Origin: a virus
Taxonomy: Duplodnaviria > Caudoviricetes
Reading direction: 5' to 3' (one strand)
Virus record (IMG/VR): IMGVR_UViG_3300025723_000013
Length of the DNA: 64,000 nt
The notes beneath the pieces are model-generated. The model saw nothing but the letters and a program-made list of their open reading frames with translations, was not told the origin of the DNA and did no database searches. Of this stretch, positions 1 to 8,619 are shown in pieces. A program made the translations under genes and the position numbers. Position 1 is the first letter of the stretch. Each line of letters begins with the position of its first letter.

Positions 1-303
1 GATCACGAAGTCAATAAATTTTTCCGGATATAGCGGATTGACATTGTTTAGGAAACTTCCAAACTTTACAAAAGCATTGTAAAAAGAACTCTTGCAAAAA
101 TCTTCATAAGATTTAGTTGTTCTAGAGTTTTGAGTCAGCTGATAGAATCTATTATAGGCCATGAATCCTGTACGGACTCTTTTTTCGTCTTTTTGTAATG
201 CTCTTCGTTTGTTTTCGCACATGTGGCTAAATAAAGTACGGGATTGCATAAATTTCTTCCCACAATGCGAGCAGGTAAAGGGCTGATCAGCTAAATCAAT
301 CAC
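1..303 (-). CDS. Zinc-finger (CxxC...HxC) hypothetical protein, 3' end beyond window
   Basis: Manual translation from GTG at 303: VIDLADQPFTCSHCGKKFMQSRTLFSHMCENKRR..., open to position 1; start overlaps stop of the 58-aa ORF; absent from ORF track. Confidence 0.7.
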   Translation of the reverse strand, partial: MIDLADQPFTCSHCGKKFMQSRTLFSHMCENKRRALQKDEKRVRTGFMAYNRFYQLTQNSRTTKSYEDFCKSSFYNAFVKFGSFLNNVNPLYPEKFIDFVI

Positions 304-476
304 TCTTGTAAGGTCCCGTTTATTTTTCTAGCGAGATTGCTGGCAAACCGAATTAAACTTTCATGAGATGAAAATTTTCCTTCAACATATAATTTAATAT
401 TATTATTATCGATGCCTGTTTCTATATAAACCTTTCCATCATGAGAAACCCCAGTGGTCCAAACTTCTTGTATCAT
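300..476 (-). CDS. Small hypothetical protein (58 aa)
   Basis: Manual translation MIQEVWTTGVSHDGKVYIETG...GTLQE*; ATGA overlap with upstream stop and GTGA overlap with downstream start. Confidence 0.55.
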   Translation of the reverse strand: MIQEVWTTGVSHDGKVYIETGIDNNNIKLYVEGKFSSHESLIRFASNLARKINGTLQE

Positions 477-928
477 TCGTATTCCTTCCTTTGTTTTTTA
501 TCAAACCCCATTTTATCAAATAGTTCTTTGATATCTTCTTTGGTCATCATACCGGACAACAATTTAATCTCATTCATTTTCATTGCAGGATACAGTTCTG
601 CTATCAGTCGTTTAATTTTTTGTGCTTTTTCTTTTTTACCTGCAGCGAGATACTGATGATACATCCGCGTACCTACACCGACACCTGCAAATAGCTTCCA
701 GAGCAATGCTTTATGATGTTTGCTCAGTACCCAATGATGTTTATTAACCAGTTCATTGGTTCTTTCAAGATACCATTCCTGTATATCATGATCTCCTTTG
801 ACATTGCTAGTATAACGCATCAAAATAAAAGGACTAAAGGATTTTTTTTCGTCAGCGGTAAGATTATCATAGAAATTATAATTTCTCAAATCTACTGCTG
901 TCAATTCCTTCTTGATATCAAGCGCCAT
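473..928 (-). CDS. gp62: Clamp loader small subunit (T4 gp62-like)
   Basis: 151 aa; FSPFILMRYTS, TNELVNKHHW..HKALLWKL and KLIAELYP-like motifs fit gp62 family pattern; AGGA SD. Confidence 0.6.
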   Translation of the reverse strand: MALDIKKELTAVDLRNYNFYDNLTADEKKSFSPFILMRYTSNVKGDHDIQEWYLERTNELVNKHHWVLSKHHKALLWKLFAGVGVGTRMYHQYLAAGKKEKAQKIKRLIAELYPAMKMNEIKLLSGMMTKEDIKELFDKMGFDKKQRKEYE

Positions 929-961
929 TTTCTTTTCCTAGATAATATAATATTTTTGATT

Positions 962-2494
962 TCACTTATTTTTTTGATCAATAAACCTGGCAATTTCTTT
1001 TTTATAAACTTCAGTTTCTTTCTTATAAATTTGTTGAGCAAAATTAGTATCAAGTGTACACATTGTTGCGGAATTTGGAGTATAAAATAACATATTTGAT
1101 ATTAAATAATTGTGATTGCCTCTATATAGCATGGTGTCAAAAATCCAGTTATCTCCATATCCAATTTTTAAATCATCTGGAATATTAACCCAATCCTGTT
1201 TAAATAGAAACATGAGGCATCCAAACCCAAATCCATTTTGTCCATTATAATAATCAATATCAATCGATCCGTCAACAAAAGAAGTGTGGGCATCTAGTCC
1301 AAAGATTTTATTTGGTTCGAGATATTCATAGATCTTGTTAATTAGTTTAAGATCAAAAATAAGATCATCATTTAAAATGCAAATCCTATCATATCTACTG
1401 TTTTTAACTCCAAAATTCCATGCTGGATTAACAAATGTATTCTGATCAAAATTGTAGAGAGATATTTTATCGTTATCCAACACGCTGTGCGCAGGAGTGT
1501 CTGCAACTGCATTATTAATTATTAGCACCTCTCCAATTAGCGGTATCTTTGTTAATTCAGATACAAAATTTAGAAATGGTTTGAACTTCCACATCGTGGG
1601 CACAATAACAGTAATTTTAGAATCAAAATTATAAACGCTATCAACAACTTTTGACGGTTTATGAGAAATTAATTTAGGTAAATGGTCTACAGCTTGGGAG
1701 TGAAAACATTTTAAAAAATCCAACGGAAATAAGGAAATATCCACTAATTCAAATTGATCGCCGCTTCTTTCAAATAAATCTTTATTGTTTTCAATTTGTC
1801 TTTTAATATGTTCAGGATTCTTAAAATAATCGTTGTTGAATTCTTGATGAGCAAAATTTTCAATCTTGTCTATAATATGCTTGACATTTCCAAAGTAACT
1901 GAGATGCCATCCGGCATTTTTTATATGAGGAATTTGATATCGATTATTTCTAAACCATTGTGCCGTTTTTTCTTTGATTAATCCTGCTTTAGAAAATATT
2001 GTTCCTACCCAAACATTGAGATTTCTATGTGTTAAATCATAATAAAAAAATTCCTGTAATAATGCACCGTAGGCAAATCCAAGTTGAGCATGCAAATCTG
2101 AATAAATCGATTTGATGACATCTTTGTTTGGGATCTCGTCAGCATCGCTTATTAACACAAGATCATCATCGCCTATTTGATTTACAAATGCAGTGATGTG
2201 ATTTCGCTGAAGATTTTCAACTATCCAAAATGGAGAGTTTTCGCCGTGGTTTTCATGATGATCAAAATCCAATTTGTGGATTGAATTATCAAAAATATAA
2301 GGAAAATAAATTATTTTATCTTTGTATTTTGAATATCTTTGCTCATTCTCTAAAAAATAAAAAGGCTTTGGTTTACCCGAATGAGTGATGTTGGATTCAA
2401 CAATAACAAAATAATCCACAGTATCATGAAGATATTTTATCCTAGATTCTAAAATATCCAATTCATTAAAAAATATAAATGTATCGTATATCAT
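962..2494 (-). CDS. Two-domain glycosyltransferase: N-terminal GT17 (MGAT3-like) plus C-terminal GT-A fold domain
   Basis: YDTFIFFNELDILESR..VDYFVIVESNxTHSG, ISDADEIP, GWHLSYFG are GT17 motifs; second domain ITVIVPTMW..EVLIINN..VNPAWNFG..CILNDD. Confidence 0.8.
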   Translation of the reverse strand: MIYDTFIFFNELDILESRIKYLHDTVDYFVIVESNITHSGKPKPFYFLENEQRYSKYKDKIIYFPYIFDNSIHKLDFDHHENHGENSPFWIVENLQRNHITAFVNQIGDDDLVLISDADEIPNKDVIKSIYSDLHAQLGFAYGALLQEFFYYDLTHRNLNVWVGTIFSKAGLIKEKTAQWFRNNRYQIPHIKNAGWHLSYFGNVKHIIDKIENFAHQEFNNDYFKNPEHIKRQIENNKDLFERSGDQFELVDISLFPLDFLKCFHSQAVDHLPKLISHKPSKVVDSVYNFDSKITVIVPTMWKFKPFLNFVSELTKIPLIGEVLIINNAVADTPAHSVLDNDKISLYNFDQNTFVNPAWNFGVKNSRYDRICILNDDLIFDLKLINKIYEYLEPNKIFGLDAHTSFVDGSIDIDYYNGQNGFGFGCLMFLFKQDWVNIPDDLKIGYGDNWIFDTMLYRGNHNYLISNMLFYTPNSATMCTLDTNFAQQIYKKETEVYKKEIARFIDQKNK

Positions 2495-2497
2495 GTA

Positions 2498-3001
2498 TTA
2501 CCAACACTTTGTATAATCTAACAATTCACTTTGTCGGCTCACTTCTTTGACAAAATATGCGCAGATGGGCTTATTGCCTTTGTGTAAGGGTGTGGTCAGC
2601 AACTGCCCAGTTTTAATTTTGGGAAAATACCACTTGACATCTTGATAGACATTGACTATGTCAATGTCTAAAAATTCCGGTCTAAAAGAACTCAAGGGAT
2701 TGAAACAGAATGTTTTAAATCCTCGATCATTTAAACTGGTCAACGGAAGCACCTCCATGTCCGGACCTTCAGGATCTCCTACCACTGTGCACCAGTCCAA
2801 GGGCATGTTAATTTCATAAGGACCAATTTGTAATACCGCTGCTGGCGCGGTAAAACTTTCTAGGAAAATCAATGGAATAAAGAAGTAATCGGTATTTGAT
2901 GGGTCACTGTTATCCATGACCGAAAATCTCATGTTTTCGTCCACTTCCTCGGGAAGATCATTTAAAAAAAATGTCTGATTTTGTAATGTAAGTATCTGCA
3001 T
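2498..3001 (-). CDS. Conserved hypothetical protein, possible inactive Hint-fold
   Basis: 167-aa ORF overlapping the uvsW stop; manual similarity to the splicing domain of the portal intein. Confidence 0.6.
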   Translation of the reverse strand: MQILTLQNQTFFLNDLPEEVDENMRFSVMDNSDPSNTDYFFIPLIFLESFTAPAAVLQIGPYEINMPLDWCTVVGDPEGPDMEVLPLTSLNDRGFKTFCFNPLSSFRPEFLDIDIVNVYQDVKWYFPKIKTGQLLTTPLHKGNKPICAYFVKEVSRQSELLDYTKCW

Positions 3002-4479
3002 TATTGATATTTCACCTTGTCAATTGTAAAAGGATATTGTGCGTCTCGATAAAAACGTTTCCTTTCTGTTAAATGTCGTTTGGCATACTTACTGGCTGCT
3101 GTAATATCCCAAATTTGAACAAAATCTTTGTCGTCGGCTTTGCGTATACCGCGTCCGATGCTTTGAATAACACGTACAAAACTTTTACCTGGTTCGATCA
3201 AGACCAAATTAAAAATTCTAGGTATATTGATGCCCACAGCAGCCACTCCATAGGTGGCAACGATAATTTTGTTATCAGAAGTTTTAATTTCATCGTATTC
3301 TTCTTTTCTATCTTTGGTTTTGACTGCACCGGAAACAAACGCTACCTCTTGGCCTGTCAATGCTGTGAGATTTTCTTTAATCATATTTCCGCAATCAATG
3401 CGATCGACCAACACCAATGTATTTCCTGTATTTGCTATTCCGGAAATTATTTTGGAAATGAATTCAACACGTTCTTGACTTGTGACCAAATATTTCAATT
3501 CTTCTTGATAATTGCTAAACGCTTTCCACTCACTTGTTTGAACTATATTTACATGACATTGACTCAATATACCTTTTTGTTGTAATTCATGAGCACTGAC
3601 ACGACCTACTACGTCACCTAATGACACACGTATATTTTGAAAATTTATTTCTTCCTTGGGAACCGTTCCGGTCAATCCCCAACGTATGGGAGTATTTCTT
3701 AGATTATGTGTCAACAATTTCTTAAGTACATCAGCTTTGGCCATGTGTACCTCGTCAACTATGATGGTATTAACATTTTCAAGAAATTCTGCCAGAGTCA
3801 ATAACTCATCGCTGTTTTCAAAGTTTTTACTTTTTTTATCCAGGATATTGAGACTTTGCCAGGTGCAAATTGTGTGCGTTTTATTAAGATCTTTTCTATC
3901 TCCATAGTAGACGCCAACATCCAATCCCACATTGATAAAATCTTCTTCGGTTTGTTCAACTAGACTTTTGTTAGGAACTATAGTGATAGTGCGTCCATAT
4001 TTTTCACAAATCTTGCTCAAGGTAGCGGTCATGATGGTTTTGCCTGCTCCTGTGGCCACCTCTTGTAGTGATTGTGGATTGTTGAGAAAATTATTTACAA
4101 CTTCCACTTGATCACTACGCAATCTAATGGGTTCTCCTTCAAAACGGTGACCTTTAGGCCACCTACTGTCTCCCCAAAAATCTTCATTGATCTGATCAAA
4201 CTCCAATGCAGGGCTTGTTCTTAAATCTTCAACCTCCACATAATAATTATATTTTTCTAGTTCAAGTAAAACAGGTTCCAGCATTGCTAGATAAGTGGTT
4301 CCGCCAATGCCAAAAAAACTTACGGATCCATCCCATCGACCTAGCTGATAGGATGGCCTATATCTTGCTGTGGGGTCTTCATATTTGAATTTTTTAGTCA
4401 AAGCTTTGCGAGTATCTAGATCAAGCCCGTCAATCTTGATATTAACCTCGTCTTTGATTATGATTTTACAGCTGGCCAA
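3001..4479 (-). CDS. uvsW: UvsW-like SF2 DNA helicase
   Basis: Walker A ATGAGKT, IIVDEVH, GLTGT, VATYGVAAVGINIP, QSIGRGIR; TTG start; next to uvsY/uvsX/gp32. Confidence 0.9.
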   Translation of the reverse strand: MASCKIIIKDEVNIKIDGLDLDTRKALTKKFKYEDPTARYRPSYQLGRWDGSVSFFGIGGTTYLAMLEPVLLELEKYNYYVEVEDLRTSPALEFDQINEDFWGDSRWPKGHRFEGEPIRLRSDQVEVVNNFLNNPQSLQEVATGAGKTIMTATLSKICEKYGRTITIVPNKSLVEQTEEDFINVGLDVGVYYGDRKDLNKTHTICTWQSLNILDKKSKNFENSDELLTLAEFLENVNTIIVDEVHMAKADVLKKLLTHNLRNTPIRWGLTGTVPKEEINFQNIRVSLGDVVGRVSAHELQQKGILSQCHVNIVQTSEWKAFSNYQEELKYLVTSQERVEFISKIISGIANTGNTLVLVDRIDCGNMIKENLTALTGQEVAFVSGAVKTKDRKEEYDEIKTSDNKIIVATYGVAAVGINIPRIFNLVLIEPGKSFVRVIQSIGRGIRKADDKDFVQIWDITAASKYAKRHLTERKRFYRDAQYPFTIDKVKYQ

Positions 4480-4482
4480 TTT

Positions 4483-5694
4483 TTATCTCTTTTGTAGATC
4501 CAGTAAGTTCATGTGGATAATATTATGATGTCGTTGCAAGAAATTTTTAATCGTGTAATGAGCAGAGTTTGATCCAAAATTTACTACAAGATCAAAACGT
4601 TTGTTGGATTCAAAAAGTGTTTTGGGAAGTTTCACACTCACGAATACAAATTTTGTACTATCAGAAATAGATCCATTTAGATTGTTTTCTTTGATATAGT
4701 CATTGCACATTTTGCCAGTACTGCTATCAAGCCTAAATAAAACTGACATTTGATCATCTCTATAGTTCATGGATTTTAAACTATTGTGTGCAGTTTGTAA
4801 ATGATATAATTCGCTGCCGCCGGGAATAATAAAAAGAATATTATCAGAAAATTTAATAATATGTTGTAAAAAATTTAACGATTCGTGTTCCAGAGCACAG
4901 GGTGCAATTGAATTATTTCTCAACCATTTTTTTACAGAATCTGGATAGGCAGCAGCAGTCAAATGTTGATCAACTGTTTCATCCATGCAGGATATGCCAT
5001 ATTTTTTAGCACCAATCAAAATTTCTAATAAATTATCAGTTGATATTTTTGGAATTCTTTCGTGTGCATTTTTAAAAACATATTTAGAATCTTCAAATGA
5101 AACCATGGGAATGTAATTTTCAATTTGGCTACCCACTTCTTCTATTTGTTTTAGTATTGAATCAAATTCTTCATCTCTGACAAAGTTGTTGAATTTTGAT
5201 AAAAATAAAATGTTAGATTCGGTCAATGCAAAGGTCCAATATTTTTTTGAATTGTTCCATGAGATCTGTTTCGATTCAAAACTCAAATTTAATGACGATT
5301 TATATTCTTTGATTTGATCAATTAACTCTTCATCGTAGGGAAAATAAACCAAGATTTTTTTATTGGTTGATCCTTTGTTATATGAAGGATCATAAATTTC
5401 TTCGATACAAATTTTTCTTATTTGGGCAATTATTCTACTGGGCATTCTAAACTGAGGTTTATCTAAAAATTGTTCTACATCAAAATTTAACGCTCTAGAC
5501 AATTGAGATTTATATTTTTTAATTATTTGTATAGCTAAAGATCTTTGCTTTTCGGTCAAAGAATCTCCTCTGATTAACTGAGCAGCAAAACTGGTTATGT
5601 ATTTTTGATCAATCAAATTGAGTAGTAAAGGCATAGAGAAAATATAATTTCCCTCGCATGCCAGTCTTTCAATTAGTTCTTCCACGTACATCAA
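4483..5694 (-). CDS. Hypothetical protein with HARP-like segment
   Basis: 403 aa; VYFPYDEELIDQIK...ISWNNSKKYWTF resembles HARP; no Walker motifs; coupled to uvsY. Confidence 0.6.
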   Translation of the reverse strand: MMYVEELIERLACEGNYIFSMPLLLNLIDQKYITSFAAQLIRGDSLTEKQRSLAIQIIKKYKSQLSRALNFDVEQFLDKPQFRMPSRIIAQIRKICIEEIYDPSYNKGSTNKKILVYFPYDEELIDQIKEYKSSLNLSFESKQISWNNSKKYWTFALTESNILFLSKFNNFVRDEEFDSILKQIEEVGSQIENYIPMVSFEDSKYVFKNAHERIPKISTDNLLEILIGAKKYGISCMDETVDQHLTAAAYPDSVKKWLRNNSIAPCALEHESLNFLQHIIKFSDNILFIIPGGSELYHLQTAHNSLKSMNYRDDQMSVLFRLDSSTGKMCNDYIKENNLNGSISDSTKFVFVSVKLPKTLFESNKRFDLVVNFGSNSAHYTIKNFLQRHHNIIHMNLLDLQKR

Positions 5695-6149
5695 ATCGAA
5701 ACATCCTCTAATCCTGCTGTACGCAGTTTAACAATGTTGGTGATTTGCCATTGTTTTTGATCAATGGCCTTGATAATACCTAACCATTGATTTCTTAACA
5801 GGGCAAACTCATTAATGATTTTTTCCATGTCAACTACGTCTGCTTCGCCGTCCACATACTTTTCAACATCTCTGGAACTTAATGCTCTTTGATAATTCTC
5901 TAAATATTTCTTAAAAATCTTGCTACGTATTCTTCTTAGCTCGATATTTAAATATTCTAAAATCGCTTCAATTTCTTGTAATTGATTAAAGCGATGTTCT
6001 ACAATTCCAGGCAGTTGTGCCGAGGCCTTTTCTACATTGCCAAAAATCTTGACTTCTTTTTTGGCAGAATCAAGTTCGTGATAAAAATGATCAATGCAGG
6101 AAGGAAGGTGAGCAATGTCCTTGCTCACCTTTGAGTACCATAAGGACAT
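5691..6149 (-). CDS. uvsY: Recombination mediator UvsY
   Basis: 152 aa helical; LENYQRALSSRDVEKYVDGE and IKAIDQKQWQITNIVKLR are UvsY motifs. Confidence 0.85.
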   Translation of the reverse strand: MSLWYSKVSKDIAHLPSCIDHFYHELDSAKKEVKIFGNVEKASAQLPGIVEHRFNQLQEIEAILEYLNIELRRIRSKIFKKYLENYQRALSSRDVEKYVDGEADVVDMEKIINEFALLRNQWLGIIKAIDQKQWQITNIVKLRTAGLEDVSI

Positions 6150-6391
6150 TAATAATCCTCGTGATCATGTCCAAAATCTTCTTCGTCCTCGTGGTCCTCT
6201 GGTCCATCGATTACTAAATTAATAGCATCATCGAGATGTGGATCATAAGACAAATATCCTTCCAATGTTTCGGCATCAATATCTTTTCCTAAAAGGAAAT
6301 CAACATATTGACCTGCAGCATTGTCCTTGTTCTTTTCCGGAATATACTGCTTGAAAGTATCCCAAATTTCAATGATCAAACTCTCGTCCAT
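6149..6391 (-). CDS. Small acidic hypothetical protein
   Basis: 80-aa ORF overlapping both uvsX stop and uvsY start; D/E-rich tail. Confidence 0.7.
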   Translation of the reverse strand: MDESLIIEIWDTFKQYIPEKNKDNAAGQYVDFLLGKDIDAETLEGYLSYDPHLDDAINLVIDGPEDHEDEEDFGHDHEDY

Positions 6392-7449
6392 TATTCGCCC
6401 TCGCTATCGGTTATGTTATTTGTAGATTGATTAACTAAAAGTTCATCCCACTGATCCATAATAAGTCTTAATTTATCTTCGGTCCAGTTTTTACGAAACT
6501 CCGAAATAATCTCTCCGGTCTCTTTGTCAGTGTAGGCCAATTTATTGCCCGACTTGGATAATACATTCATCTTTTCAAACATGTCTACCAAACCGGAAGT
6601 GGCACTCATTCCTGTGGAATAAGGAATTTCAACTTGCACAGTTTCAAATGGTTTAGCATAGCGTGTTTTCATGATTTTACAGGCACTTCGTATGCCATGC
6701 ACTTCGGAGGTCTTATTGCCATCTGCATCGGTCTTGAGTTTTAATTTCTTCATTGCAACCACAATACTGGATGCGTAAATGAATCCTTGGCCGCCGCTAA
6801 TTTTATCATCAGGATCAAACATGTCCTGACTAGCATAGGTATGATTGGTACAGATCATGCCCACATTCCAACTGCCAAACATGTTGACACAGTTGCGCAC
6901 CAAGGATGTTAGGGCTTTGGGTTTACGACCCATGTCGCCCTTCATTTCGCCTGCTTCGAACTGATTGACATCAGTCGGAGTTAACAACATACCAAGGCTA
7001 TCAATCACAAATAATACCTTTGGACGATCCTCATTTGGCATCAATTTGTATTCTTTCATAAACTCTGAAATAGTTTTGGCCACATCGTCAATCATGGCCA
7101 TGTTTAACTTCAGCAGTTTATCTTCTGCGGTATCTACTCCCAATGCTTTTAACCAAGCTTCGTCCAACGCATTTTCACTGTCAATAAGGATTACATAAAT
7201 GCCCTGTTCTTGTGCATGCTTAATGATGTTGCCCGAACAGATATAACTTTTACCTGCCCCGGATTCTCCTGCAAACACAGTGACCTTACCCAGCGGAACT
7301 CCTTTAAAGAAATCTCCTGAAATAAGATAATTCAAAGCATAATTACCAGTCGAGATCCAGTCTGTGGGGTCGTTAAATCCGACCCCTAGACCGTCAATTG
7401 ACTTGGTAATGCTCTTTCTAAATTTAGAAATATCAAAACTTTTTGTCAT
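6391..7449 (-). CDS. uvsX: UvsX/RecA-like recombinase
   Basis: Walker A GESGAGKS, LIDSENA, FVIDSLG, GGQGFIYASS; AGGAG SD. Confidence 0.92.
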   Translation of the reverse strand: MTKSFDISKFRKSITKSIDGLGVGFNDPTDWISTGNYALNYLISGDFFKGVPLGKVTVFAGESGAGKSYICSGNIIKHAQEQGIYVILIDSENALDEAWLKALGVDTAEDKLLKLNMAMIDDVAKTISEFMKEYKLMPNEDRPKVLFVIDSLGMLLTPTDVNQFEAGEMKGDMGRKPKALTSLVRNCVNMFGSWNVGMICTNHTYASQDMFDPDDKISGGQGFIYASSIVVAMKKLKLKTDADGNKTSEVHGIRSACKIMKTRYAKPFETVQVEIPYSTGMSATSGLVDMFEKMNVLSKSGNKLAYTDKETGEIISEFRKNWTEDKLRLIMDQWDELLVNQSTNNITDSEGE

Positions 7450-7463
7450 TTTGATCTCCTAAA

Positions 7464-8507
7464 TTACTGCTGAACCGCGCGACTACGGATCCTTTGCATA
7501 ATTTCCTGTGCTCGGGCTGCACCGTCACTGACTGGAGCAGATTTTTCATCTGCCTTGACAGCAACTTTTTCTTCAACCTTGAGAACAGGCTTTTCTTCAA
7601 TCTTAGGTGCAGCAGCACGAGCAGGAGATGCAGATGTAATCACATCATCCTCGCCCAAGTCATCATTGCCTCGCGACGAAGATGCGTAGTTTGAAGGCTT
7701 AAAGTATTGACCCCAGCGAGCCATATCAAATGCTTCGCCGTCAACTGATGCCTGGAACATTTCCTGAATTACCTTAAGTTCAACCTCAGTGGGCTTCTTA
7801 GGAAGAAAACTCTTTAAATCAAAGAGTCCATACTTTTCAATAGCAGCCATTTCGTTTGCATCTAGTGCACGTTCACGACGAGCATAGCTTGAAGAAGTAT
7901 AATCAGCAAACTTGCCTTTCTTGGTCTTGGCAATCTTGAAATCTAATCCACGCACATAGTCAGTCGGCAGTTCTTCAATTTCCGGATCCATGACACCGGT
8001 CTTTACGATATTGAAAATCTGTGCGTTCATAACAAATCGTCGGATTGGATTTTCTGGAGCTTTATCATCGGGCACCTTGTTATCAACTACAAATCCTTGG
8101 AAAAGATAACTGCGTTTCTTCCAATAACGGCTACCCAATGCTTCTAGCTCGGCCTTGAATGCTGGATCTCGTTCGTCCTTGGCCTGCTTGTACCAAGCAC
8201 GCGCTTCTGTAAGGATAGGACATACCTCATTCTTTCCATACATTTCCATGCAAGGAACAGCCACTGTTACCGGCTTAGAATCAGTTTCTCCCACAATGCC
8301 AGCAAAGGGCATTTTAATAACTGATCGCTCTATCCAAAATCCCCATTCATTGTTCGGATCTGCATCTGGTAAGAAACGTACTGTTGTTGTTTGATCGTCT
8401 TGGATATTCCAAAAAGGATAGATTGCGTTGTCGCCGCCGGTTGAGCCACCGGTACCTTTTTGAGATGATGCTTGAAGTTTTGCTCTAATTTCTGCTAATG
8501 TTGCCAT
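7464..8507 (-). CDS. gp32: Single-stranded DNA-binding protein (gp32-like)
   Basis: TVRFLPD..FWIER, CPIL, RYWKKRSYLFQGFV, DYVRGLDFKI..YTSSSY; typical T4-like SSB pattern. Confidence 0.88.
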   Translation of the reverse strand: MATLAEIRAKLQASSQKGTGGSTGGDNAIYPFWNIQDDQTTTVRFLPDADPNNEWGFWIERSVIKMPFAGIVGETDSKPVTVAVPCMEMYGKNEVCPILTEARAWYKQAKDERDPAFKAELEALGSRYWKKRSYLFQGFVVDNKVPDDKAPENPIRRFVMNAQIFNIVKTGVMDPEIEELPTDYVRGLDFKIAKTKKGKFADYTSSSYARRERALDANEMAAIEKYGLFDLKSFLPKKPTEVELKVIQEMFQASVDGEAFDMARWGQYFKPSNYASSSRGNDDLGEDDVITSASPARAAAPKIEEKPVLKVEEKVAVKADEKSAPVSDGAARAQEIMQRIRSRAVQQ

Positions 8508-8535
8508 AATGTTTTTCCTTTTGTTTAAGCCACAT

Positions 8536-8609
8536 CTTTTTAGCCAACTGACTAAAAAGAAAAAGTGTGCATATGTCTATAATATACACACTTCTATTTA
8601 TTAAAGCAA
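8536..8609 (-). promoter_or_regulatory. gp32 leader: sigma70-like promoter (TTGCTT-17-TATATT), nested late TAAATA, two hairpins
   Basis: -35 at 8604-8609, -10 at 8581-8586, TAAATA at 8595-8600, inverted repeats 8563-8593 and 8536-8559. Confidence 0.6.
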
Positions 8610-8619
8610 GAAAAAATTA

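Noticed and set aside
713-1090. 125-aa plus-strand hydrophobic ORF
   Set aside because: Antisense to gp62 and the GT gene in AT-rich DNA; Phe/Ile richness reflects complement of Lys/Asn codons
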